From assembly GCA_050014195.1 (NCBI GenBank), contig JBEKDT010000002.1, forward strand, positions 192,001-256,000: a stretch of 64,000 bases of DNA, given 5' to 3'. Position numbers and translations under genes: made by a program. The notes beneath the pieces were generated by a model. The model was not told the origin of the DNA, made no database searches, and saw only the letters and a program-made list of their open reading frames with translations. The DNA comes from Desulfomonilia bacterium (lineage in GTDB: Bacteria > Desulfobacterota > Desulfomonilia > UBA1062). The first letter of the stretch is position 1, and every line of letters starts with the position of its first letter. Positions 49,801 to 59,048 of the stretch are shown in pieces.

Positions 49801-50244
49801 GAGCATGAGCATCTCTTCCATGGCGACGAACTTATTGGAAACCCCGTTCGTATCGGACTGGAGATACTCCTTGACCGAAAGCTTACCCAAATACACATCC
49901 CTCGGTGGGAACTGATCGAGAAACTGCTCAAGCGTGCTGTCAATAGAAGGAAGCCTTATGGCGGCATAGCCGTAAGCATCCTTCATGATGTTCGGGTTCA
50001 CCTGCCTGCGGTAGACCTCGATCATGAAGTGCAGCACCTCGTCGATCAGTCCCATGGCATTGATGTCCGAGGCCCTGACCGAAAGCTCCGGTTTTGCTGC
50101 AACGCCGCGCACCCGGTTCATCTTGTCGGCGAATTCCCTGGCTGCATGCGGGGATGCAAAGATCACATTGCCGGAGAAAGAAAACAGTGTTTTGTCGAAC
50201 TGATAGAGTTCCCGTGCTTTTTTGGAGATATGGAATTCAAACAT
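46813..50244 (-). CDS. Large GH13 alpha-amylase-family glycoside hydrolase
   Basis: DMVPNH, IRFDAAM (nucleophile), LAEAFW (acid/base), NNPDE, PGLPMFGHGQ. Confidence 0.85.
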   Translation of the reverse strand: MFEFHISKKARELYQFDKTLFSFSGNVIFASPHAAREFADKMNRVRGVAAKPELSVRASDINAMGLIDEVLHFMIEVYRRQVNPNIMKDAYGYAAIRLPSIDSTLEQFLDQFPPRDVYLGKLSVKEYLQSDTNGVSNKFVAMEEMLMLFISNENPALTPYKELFDDKQLREETPYIQIISCLDEFFKTQPPLGPLGQTLLDLLLAPLRAAPHSLYDQLEFIRVNWGYLLAELYIKLLSGLDLIKEETKARFLGPGTAPVPFFTLKDLEDLERFSADLDWMASLVLIAKSVYVWLHQLSAKYQRHIWRLDQIPDEELEILARWGFTGLWLIGIWERSPASRTIKQMTGNPEAAASAYSIYDYTIAHELGGDEAFENLKLRAMRHGIRMATDMVPNHMGIYSKWVIEHPDWFIQLDHSPFPGYRFTGANLSGEDRVEVQIEDGYWDRRDAAVVFRRHDRYTGNNRYIYHGNDGTSMPWNDTAQLDFLKHEVRRAVIDQTIAIARKFPIIRFDAAMTLAKRHFQRLWYPPPGFGGDIPSRSGHGVTPDEFERLFPVEFWRELVDRVAEEVPNTLLLAEAFWLMEGYFVRSLGMHRVYNSAFMNMLKTEENSKYRDVMKNVLRFNPEILRRFVNFMNNPDEEPAVHGFGKDDKYFGVATLMATMPGLPMFGHGQIEGFSEKYGMEYRRAYWDESIDHHLVMRHEREIFPLLKKRRLFSGVESFVLYDVRTPEGHVNEDIFAYSNRYGDERSLVIYNNRYAEATGTISRSVGMNMENHGRRHIIHMSLGEGLGLKNEDSLYYIFHDDKSGLEYIRNSRSLWRDGLMIHLGAFKCHVFTSFREVYDHDGRCRELDEKLMGRGMPDIMTALKEIYLDKVLKPFGELIALDTLKMLVAEGRRTGKVPAAYRERLTTFFKSAREFSGWANREAAVADEACSLMEVIFKLDGLRHKKAWKNDVKSQSVLTVIPDQVADDLFGWRILVLFSVVSRIGVLAGDEDRGRRSCALIEEWMLGRAMENAIAGLGSDQGRARYEIVLIQILTQYQGLLSTMRPQQFASALNDMLPDTRVRDFLGFNQFNEKWWFNKESMEMLVSSLLVCSLLERLADRKLSEKAIMEALHTAYDTAVDLMKRIESSGYEASKLSEFLGE

Positions 50245-50506
50245 AGATTTTAGTTTCTCACATTACATCCATCACAATGGAAGCTGCCTGCAGGTGTCAT
50301 CCACAACGCCAATCCAAATACCCTTACAATGGGTTGTAGCAAAATCTATGGGAAGGCCGCTCACCAGTCAAGACAAAAGCGCAGATCATAGGAAAAGATG
50401 GCGGTAAGCGATGGATGGTGAGTTGTGAGTATATTTTATCCGGCCTATGATCTTGTATAGATTACCCCAATAAATTGTCCCTCGTTCAATCGATTGATCA
50501 TAGATC

Positions 50507-50788
50507 TCACAAGGTAAGAATTTCGTCGATGGTGAGATCTTCCACACAGAGCGGGTCGATCCCCTTTAACCTGGCCGACAGCTCCTTGGCTGAGATTTCT
50601 GAAAGAGGCATGATGACCCTGTAGTTGTGCTTATCAAGCCAGATGAGAAACTGCCATGCGTAACATTCCCTGCAGTGGACTTTCTTTTTCTTCAGGTAGG
50701 CCTCCCCCTCCAGCGTTTCCAGCACCTTGTGGCGGGGGCATGAGATGTCGATGCAGAAGGTACCGGATTTGTATTTCTTAGTTGTCAT
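50507..50788 (-). CDS. Hypothetical Cys/His-containing small protein
   Basis: GAGG RBS; CIDISCPRH...HCRECY possible metal site. Confidence 0.6.
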   Translation of the reverse strand: MTTKKYKSGTFCIDISCPRHKVLETLEGEAYLKKKKVHCRECYAWQFLIWLDKHNYRVIMPLSEISAKELSARLKGIDPLCVEDLTIDEILTL

Positions 50789-50937
50789 GATTTTCCTCGT
50801 GTATGGGTTTCATTGATTTAAATGATATCACTTCTGAGAGGACTTGGCAACTTTTTCCCTTGTTTCTTATAATTTCTTCTGTATTTCCGTTAGGTTTGAA
50901 AGAAGTTTAAAAACTTAATGCTCCGGACAATAAGTGG

Positions 50938-50982
50938 TTGACAAACGAGCATCTAATATTTATTATTAGTAAATATTTACTA
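50938..50982 (+). promoter_or_regulatory. Sigma70 promoter with overlapping 16-bp palindromic operator
   Basis: TTGACA-N17-TATTAT (50938-50966) followed by the perfect palindrome TAGTAAATATTTACTA (50967-50982). Confidence 0.7.
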
Positions 50983-51000
50983 TATTGAATATTTGATATT

Positions 51001-51543
51001 ATGAATATTGGATCGATACTACGGCAGAAGAGAAAAGAGCGAAAGCTCATCTTAAAGACTGTGGCGGAAAAGGCCGGCATATCAGAGGGCTTTTTAAGCC
51101 AGGTGGAGAATGAGGTTAATTCACCATCGGTATATACACTCGTTAAGATCTGCAATGCCATAGGCATTGAGGCGGGCGATGTACTCAACCAGGCCAAGCA
51201 GATGGAAAGGTTGATAGTAATCCGCAAATCAGAGTGGAAAGATGTTGAGCTGCCACACACAGGATTTATTACCCAAAGATTTTTCCCCCCTGAGAACAGG
51301 AATGTCATCGACAGCGCCGTATTGGTTTTGGAACCGGGGAAGAGCATCCCTGCAAGGAAAAATATCAAGAACGGCCAGGAGGTGCTCTGCGTGCTGAGGG
51401 GCATGGTAGAACTTGTGCATAGCGACCGGACCGTAACACTCTCCGAGGGCGATTCCATACATTACTATTCCACCCCTGAGAAGGAGATGATCACAAACAA
51501 AAGCAAAGGTCTCTCCGTGGTCTTTTGGGTTGGAACAATATGA
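51001..51543 (+). CDS. XRE-family HTH regulator with cupin domain
   Basis: LK.VAEKAGISEGFLSQVEN...SPS..TL; C-terminal E...VL.G...L.EGDSI cupin. Confidence 0.92.
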   Translation: MNIGSILRQKRKERKLILKTVAEKAGISEGFLSQVENEVNSPSVYTLVKICNAIGIEAGDVLNQAKQMERLIVIRKSEWKDVELPHTGFITQRFFPPENRNVIDSAVLVLEPGKSIPARKNIKNGQEVLCVLRGMVELVHSDRTVTLSEGDSIHYYSTPEKEMITNKSKGLSVVFWVGTI

Positions 51544-51701
51544 TATAGCTTTATTTTTTATGCACCATTTTTTTGCTTGAGCGTTTTTTTGAATCGGATG
51601 GTTTCTTATCTGAAGAAACCTCCATTGATGGGATTGGTTTCATTAAAGGCAACGAAAGCTGTGGGGATATACCTATAATTTCATGAGACAGGGGGATTCG
51701 T

Positions 51702-53138
51702 ATGATCAAATTCAGTAAGCAACAGTTGAAGGTACCCAAGTTGATGAGGCCGGTATACCTGGTGTCTGCAGGGCAATCGAAATTTGACAGGGCCATGCCT
51801 GACAAACGTACGGAGGAGCTTTGTATAGACGCATTCACTATGGCAGCGGACCTCCTGAATATGTCGCCGGCTGAACTGAAGCGATATATTCATACCTGCT
51901 ACTACGGTCATTTTGCCGACCACTTCGGAGACCAGCTCCTGGGCGAGGCGGTCATACACGACAGGCTCGGCCTGGACCCGCTCGGCAATAGCGGCATAAA
52001 GACCGGTGGTGCAACGGGCGGTTCCACGCTCTGGGAGGCCATGAAGACCGTTGCTTCAGGGTATTCCGACTGCGTGCTTGCCATGGGCTGGGAGAGGATG
52101 GACGAGGTCCCCACGGACGAGGGCAACTTCCTGATATCGTGCGCCGCGGACAAGGATTGGGAATCCCCTCTGGGGCACATCTATACCGGTTATTATGCCG
52201 TTATGGCCCAGAAATACTGGCAGGTCTTCGGAAAGGCCGAGGACTCGTTCAGGAGGACGCTGGCCGAGATCTCTGTGAAGCACCACGGCTATGCCCGCTT
52301 CAACCCGTTCGCCCACGGCCCCATGAAGATCACGGTTGATGATGTCTTGAAATCACCGATAATCGCAGATCCGTTGAGGGCTCTGGATGCGTGCCTCATG
52401 AGCGTTGGCGCTGCGTGCGCGATTGTCTGTGACGAGGATACGGCGGTTAAGCTGACGAAGAACTCCAAGAACGTGCCCTTGAGAATCTGGGTGGCTGCCG
52501 GCTCTCACACTTTGCGACCCGCGGACAGAAGGGACATGGAGATACCGCTTCTGCCCAATGAGACAGCGGATCAGTACAAGAATTTGGGAAAAGAGTTTCC
52601 CGGCGGTGAGAGGTATCCCGGTTTCACGGGATTCCTGGGCGCCCGCATGGCGGCATGGTACGGATACCGCATGACAGGCATCAAAGACCCCTTAAAGGAC
52701 CTGGATGTGATCGAACTGCACGATGCATTCACCATCAGCGACGTGCAGACCTATGAGGATATCGGGTTGAGGCCCTACGGCTATGGACGCGACTATGTGG
52801 AGTCCGGTGACTGCTATCATACCAACCCCAAGACAGGCAAGCCGGGCAAGCTCCCGTCTAACATATCGGGAGGCCTGCTTGGATGCATGCACGCGGTGGG
52901 GGCAACAGGCATCATGCAGACATTCGAGATTGCGACCCATATCTGGAACCGGTGGGCAGAGATACATGGAGATGAAAAGCTCTGGAAGAAATTCAACAGG
53001 AAGAAGCCTTCCGACTGGAAGAACCTGCAGGTCAAAGGGGCCAAGAGGGCCCTTGCCATAAGTCATGCCGGTGTAGGGTCGCACGTGACGGCAACGATTC
53101 TGATGCATCCTGATCATTTATTGAAAAAAGACGCATAA
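51702..53138 (+). CDS. SCP2-type thiolase-domain protein
   Basis: GWERM, HDAF, N.SGGL...HAVGATG; usual CxSG replaced by GGATGG. Confidence 0.85.
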   Translation: MIKFSKQQLKVPKLMRPVYLVSAGQSKFDRAMPDKRTEELCIDAFTMAADLLNMSPAELKRYIHTCYYGHFADHFGDQLLGEAVIHDRLGLDPLGNSGIKTGGATGGSTLWEAMKTVASGYSDCVLAMGWERMDEVPTDEGNFLISCAADKDWESPLGHIYTGYYAVMAQKYWQVFGKAEDSFRRTLAEISVKHHGYARFNPFAHGPMKITVDDVLKSPIIADPLRALDACLMSVGAACAIVCDEDTAVKLTKNSKNVPLRIWVAAGSHTLRPADRRDMEIPLLPNETADQYKNLGKEFPGGERYPGFTGFLGARMAAWYGYRMTGIKDPLKDLDVIELHDAFTISDVQTYEDIGLRPYGYGRDYVESGDCYHTNPKTGKPGKLPSNISGGLLGCMHAVGATGIMQTFEIATHIWNRWAEIHGDEKLWKKFNRKKPSDWKNLQVKGAKRALAISHAGVGSHVTATILMHPDHLLKKDA

Positions 53139-53150
53139 AGGAGAAGGACA

Positions 53151-53741
53151 ATGAGCATGTTCGGTCAAGTTTATGTAAAGAACAATCAATATAAGATAAA
53201 GGGTAATTTTCACCACCTCACCCCCAATATGCCTATAAGAAATGCAGACGACGGCTGGAAGCTCATGGGGGTCACAAATCCAAGGGACATGACCTATATC
53301 CATTCATACGGCGGTGAGGCCCTATTCTTTGAATCTCTCTCCCAGGGAAAACTGATGGCCACCAAATGTGTCAACCCGAAATGTGAGTCCAAGGGCTCCA
53401 TATATCAGCCCTTCAGGATCTTCTGCCCCGATTGCCTGGGGAAGAACAAGGCAATAGACATGACGGCACTCGCACAAAAAACTGCGAAGGTCCATACGTT
53501 CATGGTGTGCGAGAGATCGGGCGCCTTCAGCCTGCTCGATAAGCCTATCAAATTCATCAACATAGAATTCGACGGCGTATGCACTATTTTGATGAGCTAT
53601 CTTGCAAAAGGCGACCCGAAGATAGGGATGAAGGTGGTACCCATATTCCAGAGGTTGAACCCGACCTACACCATCCTGGATCTTGCCTGGGTGCCTAAGG
53701 GTACGAAGGCTGATTCTCTGCCGCAAGGATTCTCATTTTGA
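53151..53741 (+). CDS. Zn-ribbon/OB-fold DUF35 partner of thiolase
   Basis: FFESL..GKL.ATKC...C.....P.R.FCPDC, IGMKV.P.F. Confidence 0.88.
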   Translation: MSMFGQVYVKNNQYKIKGNFHHLTPNMPIRNADDGWKLMGVTNPRDMTYIHSYGGEALFFESLSQGKLMATKCVNPKCESKGSIYQPFRIFCPDCLGKNKAIDMTALAQKTAKVHTFMVCERSGAFSLLDKPIKFINIEFDGVCTILMSYLAKGDPKIGMKVVPIFQRLNPTYTILDLAWVPKGTKADSLPQGFSF

Positions 53742-53802
53742 TTGATGAACATATGCGGATGATTGTGAAGATTACTATTTTTTCCATGATTTGGAGGAAG
53801 CT

Positions 53803-54960
53803 ATGTGTGACTTTGGATTATCAAGCGAACAAAAGCTTCTCCGTCAAAACATCAGGGAGTTTGCCGAGAACGAGATAGCACCGGTTGCGCAGCAGCTTGA
53901 TGAGACGGAAACATTTTCAATCGAGCTTACCAGGAAGATGGCCGGCCTGGGGCTCTTCGGGATCGTGGTTGCCGAGGAATACGGCGGCGCCCACATGGAT
54001 TACCTGGCATACATAATCGCCATAGAGGAGATAGCCCGCATCGATGGTTCCCAGGCGGCTACCGTGGCGGCCGCCAATTCGCTGGGCATCGGCCCCATAT
54101 ACTACTTCGGGAACGAGAAGCAGAAGCAGGAATGGCTGCCCAGGCTCTGCAGCGGTGAGATTCTGGCATCCTTCGGCCTCACGGAAGCCGATGCCGGTTC
54201 CGATGCCGGGGCGAGCAAGACAACGGCCAGACTCGAAAACGGTCAGTGGGTGGTAAACGGCAGCAAGATTTTCATTACAAACTCGACTTCGGTGCTGTCA
54301 GGAATCTGTACGGTCCAGGCCATCACCGGGAAAAAACCCGACGGCAAGAAAGAGGTTTCCTGCATACTGGTACCAAACGGCACCCCCGGGTTCACAACAA
54401 AGAAGATGACCGGGAAGATGATGTGGAGATCTTCTGACACTGGGGAGCTGTACTTCGATGACTGCCACGTCCCGGAGGAGAACCTGCTCGGCAAGCAGGG
54501 AGACGGCTTTCACCAGATGCTCTCTACGCTGGACAACGGCAGGCTCGCCATTGCGGCCATGGGCCTGGGCGGGGCTCAGGGGGCGTTCGAGCTGGCACTC
54601 AAGTATGCAAAAACCCGGGAACAGTTCGGCAAGCCCATATGTTCCTTCCAGGTCAATGCCTTCAAGCTCGCCGACATGGACACCGAGATCGAGGTTGCCA
54701 GGGACCTGCTCTACAAGGCATGCAAGCTGAAAGACTCTAGCTTGCCCTTCCGCAAGCTGGCTGCCATGTCGAAGCTCTACTGCGCCGAGATGATGGGTCG
54801 GGTGGTGGACCAGGCCGTCCAGATACACGGCGGCTACGGCCTCATGAAGGAATACAACATCGAGCGCTTCTTCCGGGATTACAAACTGCTGACTATCGGT
54901 GAGGGAACCTCGGAGATCCAGCGTGTCGTTATTTCCAGGGAGATCGGATGTTATTCCTGA
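53803..54960 (+). CDS. Acyl-CoA dehydrogenase
   Basis: FGLTE..AGSDA, NGSKIFITN, R.QFGKPI..FQ, QIHGGYG, IGEGTSEIQR. Confidence 0.95.
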   Translation: MCDFGLSSEQKLLRQNIREFAENEIAPVAQQLDETETFSIELTRKMAGLGLFGIVVAEEYGGAHMDYLAYIIAIEEIARIDGSQAATVAAANSLGIGPIYYFGNEKQKQEWLPRLCSGEILASFGLTEADAGSDAGASKTTARLENGQWVVNGSKIFITNSTSVLSGICTVQAITGKKPDGKKEVSCILVPNGTPGFTTKKMTGKMMWRSSDTGELYFDDCHVPEENLLGKQGDGFHQMLSTLDNGRLAIAAMGLGGAQGAFELALKYAKTREQFGKPICSFQVNAFKLADMDTEIEVARDLLYKACKLKDSSLPFRKLAAMSKLYCAEMMGRVVDQAVQIHGGYGLMKEYNIERFFRDYKLLTIGEGTSEIQRVVISREIGCYS

Positions 54961-54994
54961 TTCTAACATTAAATTGTAAAAAGGGAGTTTTCAG

Positions 54995-56017
54995 GTGTCG
55001 GCTATGAGCAAGGAAAAGATCGGGAAAAAAAATATCGAACTCAAATCAGGACTCAATGAATTGTTTACGAATCCTGACGCAGACACTGCCAGGGAATTTT
55101 TCAGGACAAAATCACGGGCGCTTAAACCGAAGCTTTCAACCGTGGAAGATGTTGTAAGGACTCTTCTGCATGACGGCGATTATATCGGAATAGGCGGGTT
55201 CGGCGCCAACAGGATACCCACTGCAATTCTTCACGAGATGGTAAGGCAGGGCAAAAAGCATCTGGGTCTCGCGGGTCATACCTCTACACATGATTTCCAG
55301 ATCCTTGTTGCGGGTGAATGTTTTGACCGGTGTGATATCGCATATGTAATAGGCCTTGAGGCGCGTGGACTTTCTCCCAATGCACGGCGGTACATCGAAA
55401 GCGGCAAGGTGAAGATCACCGAATGGACCAATGCAACACTTTCCTGGCGTATAAAAGCAGCTGCTATGGGGCTTTCCTTTCTACCGGCCAGGAACATGAT
55501 GGGGACGGATACATTCAAATACAGCGCAGCGAAAGAGATACTCTGCCCGTTCACCGGACAAAAATACGTTGCGCATCCGGCCCTCTATCCGGACTTTGCA
55601 GCCATCCATGTGCACGAGTGTGATATCTACGGCAACGCACACGTATATGGGGCCTCTGTCTCGGACCAGGATCTGGCAAAGGCCTCAAAGCGCGTCGTAC
55701 TTACCACGGAGAGGTTAATCTCGACCGAGAAGATCCGTCAGAATCCGGAGGCGACCTTTATTCCCTTCTGGTGTGTCGATGCGGTCATTGAGATTCCATA
55801 TGGAAGCTATCCAGGTAACATGCCGTATGAGTACTTCTCGGATGAGGAGCACCTGAGAGAGTGGCTCACCATTGAAAAGGACCCGGATGAATTCAAGAAG
55901 TTCATTGATAAGCAGATATATAAGACCAAGAATTTTTATGAATACCTCGAACTCAACGGCGGCATAGAGAAGATGAAGAAACTCCGGGCCATTGAACTCT
56001 TAATCGATAAAAAGTAG
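54995..56017 (+). CDS. gctA: Glutaconate CoA-transferase-like subunit A
   Basis: DGD.I.IGGF...R.P, AAAMGL.FLP, HV...D.YGN, PYGSYP. Confidence 0.8.
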   Translation: MSAMSKEKIGKKNIELKSGLNELFTNPDADTAREFFRTKSRALKPKLSTVEDVVRTLLHDGDYIGIGGFGANRIPTAILHEMVRQGKKHLGLAGHTSTHDFQILVAGECFDRCDIAYVIGLEARGLSPNARRYIESGKVKITEWTNATLSWRIKAAAMGLSFLPARNMMGTDTFKYSAAKEILCPFTGQKYVAHPALYPDFAAIHVHECDIYGNAHVYGASVSDQDLAKASKRVVLTTERLISTEKIRQNPEATFIPFWCVDAVIEIPYGSYPGNMPYEYFSDEEHLREWLTIEKDPDEFKKFIDKQIYKTKNFYEYLELNGGIEKMKKLRAIELLIDKK

Positions 56018-56027
56018 GGGTGCCAAG

Positions 56028-56798
56028 ATGGCTGACTATAATCAGATCGAGCTCATGATATGTGTTGCTGCAAGAAATCTGGAGGACGGATCAACCGTTG
56101 TCGTCGGTACAGGAGCCCCATGCGCCGCCGCGATGCTCGCACAGAAGACCCACTCACCCAACATCTGCATACTGTTTGAGGCAGGGGGCGTAGCGCCGAT
56201 CCTTCCCGCCATGCCCATATCGGTGGGCGACTCTAGGACGTTCCATAAGGCTATCATGGCGAGTTCAATGCCCGAGATCATGGAGACTTGCCAGCGCGGG
56301 ATGGTCGATTACACATTCCTCGGTGGTGCTCAGATTGATATGTACGGGAATATAAACTCAACGATGATAGGAAAAGATCACTCAAAGCCCACGGTAAGAT
56401 TTCCCGGGTCCGGAGGGGCGAATGACCTCGCATCACTGTGCTGGCGTACCATGATGATGACGGTACAGGATTCGAAGCGTTTTACGAACAATATCGATTT
56501 CATCACCTCTCCGGGATACCTCCAAGGAGGCAATTCGCGCTATGAGGCAGGGCTGCCGAAGGGAACGGGGCCTTACAGAATCATCACCCATATGGCCATC
56601 ATGGGTTTTGATGATGAGACCAAGAGGATGAAGGTACTCTCCATAAATCCCGGGTACACCAGTGAAGATGTCCAGGACAACTGCGGTTTTGAACTGCTGT
56701 GGGCGGACAATATAACTGAAACCGACCCCCCGCATGAATCCGAGCTTCGGATTCTGAGGGAAGAAGTCGATCCCAGCAGATATATCATAGGAAGGTGA
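56028..56798 (+). CDS. gctB: Glutaconate CoA-transferase-like subunit B
   Basis: VGTGAP, FEAGG (catalytic Glu position), GGAQID.YGN.NST, GSGGAND, FITSPG. Confidence 0.82.
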   Translation: MADYNQIELMICVAARNLEDGSTVVVGTGAPCAAAMLAQKTHSPNICILFEAGGVAPILPAMPISVGDSRTFHKAIMASSMPEIMETCQRGMVDYTFLGGAQIDMYGNINSTMIGKDHSKPTVRFPGSGGANDLASLCWRTMMMTVQDSKRFTNNIDFITSPGYLQGGNSRYEAGLPKGTGPYRIITHMAIMGFDDETKRMKVLSINPGYTSEDVQDNCGFELLWADNITETDPPHESELRILREEVDPSRYIIGR

Positions 56799-56877
56799 TG
56801 AGTTGAGGCAGGAGCTCGATTGAGGCATACCGAGAAATTTCAGGAGGCGCCTCTCTACAAAAGGCTGGAAGGATGAA

Positions 56878-57705
56878 ATGAGATCGGGCCGATCACTCGA
56901 AAAACTTGTCTTGTATCTCAAGCGACATCGCGTCGGCAAAGGAACCGTATTGATCGAGTCCCCCAAACGCATTCGTGACAAGTCAACAGGCCGCCTGTGC
57001 AAACATGATGTCGTCCTGACAATCAATCCCGGATATCATGCGGTGCTGGTTGCAATTGAATGCCGGGAACGAGGCCGGCCGGTCGGACTGTCTCAACTTG
57101 AGGCATTTGCTCAAAAGTGCTCGGCGACATCCATAAACAAATCCGTTATTGTCTCTTCTTGCGGTTTCACCAAAACCGCACTTTGCAAGGCAAAGGCACT
57201 TGGCATACATTGCCTGCCTCTTGAGCAAATTAAGAGTTTCCCCTGGTTTCATTGCGAGACGAAACTCCGTCAGATTCGAACGAATTACACACACATCGAT
57301 TTTGCGATTATCCCCGAGAAGGACTTTGTGAGAAAGCCTGCCTCATTCATGCTCATAAACGATGATGGAGAGACTATCTCCCCTGATATTTTACGCGACT
57401 ACCTGCTTGCTGCTTTGATCAAACGACAAGGAGAGCTATGCGATCTTAAAACCGGAGATAACGTTGAAAGAATCAGGATGCTCCCTAAAAACTTAAGCAT
57501 TATTGATATCGATACCGGCATAACCAAGAAAGTACGACAAATCAACTTGGTGGTATACTGCAAGAGCGAAGAGATGGAACAGTCTTTTCTATTGCAGGAG
57601 CACAAAGATACCAAGCCCGACACCTCTTATGCCCGGCTCCCGCGACTATTGAATAAGTCCGACTTCAGCGATGTTGGAATATTTATGCGTAAAAGTAAAA
57701 ATTAG
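56878..57705 (+). CDS. PD-(D/E)XK restriction endonuclease-like protein (Mrr_cat-like)
   Basis: LEK.V, HDVVL, AIECRE..RPV....LEAF..K, IVSS.GFT..A...A. Confidence 0.7.
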   Translation: MRSGRSLEKLVLYLKRHRVGKGTVLIESPKRIRDKSTGRLCKHDVVLTINPGYHAVLVAIECRERGRPVGLSQLEAFAQKCSATSINKSVIVSSCGFTKTALCKAKALGIHCLPLEQIKSFPWFHCETKLRQIRTNYTHIDFAIIPEKDFVRKPASFMLINDDGETISPDILRDYLLAALIKRQGELCDLKTGDNVERIRMLPKNLSIIDIDTGITKKVRQINLVVYCKSEEMEQSFLLQEHKDTKPDTSYARLPRLLNKSDFSDVGIFMRKSKN

Positions 57706-57954
57706 GGGAAAAGGGTGCAAATCTTTGACATAGCTGCTTATACGATACTGTCTTAATCCCAGTTCCCTATTTGAAGGATCAATTTTTACTTTCTACATAT
57801 ACGGTGGCGGCGGTGGGGACTGCTTCATATCAACTTCTGGTCCGGAAAGTCCTATTTCTCAAGGAGCGATTCCCCTGGTACTTACTGGTATTGCGCTCAT
57901 GGGTATTGCAAATCTCTTAAGAAAATATGCCAGCAACTAAGATCCTAATATACT

Positions 57955-57992
57955 CAAAACAGGCAGATTCAATCTTGGCTCTGCCTGTTTTG
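57955..57992. terminator. Hairpin between convergent transcription units
   Basis: CAAAACAGGCAGA-N12-TCTGCCTGTTTTG 13-bp inverted repeat. Confidence 0.55.
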
Positions 57993-58133
57993 TATGCTTG
58001 CAACAGATCCATAGGTCACCCATTCGTACTGGTCCGTCGTGGTGTTCTTGGTGCCGAAGAGCTTGTTGTCCGGCCACCTCTTCGCGCTGGTCTCGAAGAG
58101 ATCCACAAGGTTGTTCGGGCTGGTATAGTAACG
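57969..58133 (-). pseudogene. N-terminal remnant of a long-chain acyl-CoA ligase (FadD-like)
   Basis: Frame reads RYYTSPNNLVDLFETSAKRWPDNKLFGTKNTTTDQYEWVTY with strong GC3 bias; no in-frame start, early stop. Confidence 0.6.
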
Positions 58134-58201
58134 GATGGGAGAAGAACACCCATGCCTTTATTGATCTTTCTTATCCACCCTCTATCTGGGCTTTCATTCG
58201 T

Positions 58202-58993
58202 TCATATCTTCCTGCCCGGAAGGCTCATCGAAGCGGTAATTCCTCCGTCCACCGGCAACGCCTGGCCCGTGATGTAGCTCGCCTCATCGCTGGCAAGGAA
58301 GATTATGGCCCAGGCAACCTCTTCCGGAACTGCTGCGCGCCTGAGCTCCGAATACTTGCCCACCTGCCCTTCCTTGCCCGCGCTCCTGGCGTAATCGAAA
58401 AAGGGCTGGGTCATGCCGGTCTCGATGAGGCCCGGGCACACGGCGTTGATGCGCACGCCGGCGTCACCTACCTCGCATGCCGAGGTCTGCGTGAAGTTGA
58501 TGAGTGCCGCCTTACTGGCGCTGTAGGAATTGCCGCCCGCCCCGGAGCGGATGCCGGCCACCGAGGCGATATTGATGATGGAGCCCCGGCGCCTTCCTTT
58601 CATGTGAGCGATGACATGCTTTGTCGTATAGACCGGACCCATGACATTGACGTCGAATACCCTGTGCCAGTCTTCCGAGGTCTGGTTCTCCAGGGTATCC
58701 AGCGCGCCCGGGATCCCTGCGTTATTTACCAGGATATCGATATTGGTGAAGGTTTCAATGGCAAGGCCGATCAGGTCTTTGACCTCTTCCTCCGACGACA
58801 CGTCGGTCTTTCTGATGAGTACCGACCCCCCCTTCGCAGCTATCTCATCACGCACCCGGGCAAGCTGCTCTTCGTTCATATCCGCAAGAACAAGGCATGC
58901 GCCTTCGCCGGCAAAGAGCAGGGCCGTGGCCCTGCCGATGCCGCTGGCGGCGCCTGTTATGACAGCCGTTTTACCGCTGAGACGTCCTCCCAT
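58202..58993 (-). CDS. SDR-family oxidoreductase
   Basis: TGAASGIG, NNAG, YSASK, NAVCPG, GQALPVDGG. Confidence 0.95.
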   Translation of the reverse strand: MGGRLSGKTAVITGAASGIGRATALLFAGEGACLVLADMNEEQLARVRDEIAAKGGSVLIRKTDVSSEEEVKDLIGLAIETFTNIDILVNNAGIPGALDTLENQTSEDWHRVFDVNVMGPVYTTKHVIAHMKGRRRGSIINIASVAGIRSGAGGNSYSASKAALINFTQTSACEVGDAGVRINAVCPGLIETGMTQPFFDYARSAGKEGQVGKYSELRRAAVPEEVAWAIIFLASDEASYITGQALPVDGGITASMSLPGRKI

Positions 58994-59048
58994 AGGCTTC
59001 TCCTAAAGAAGTATTTACGGTACCTGTCTGAAATGGGATACTGCCCTG

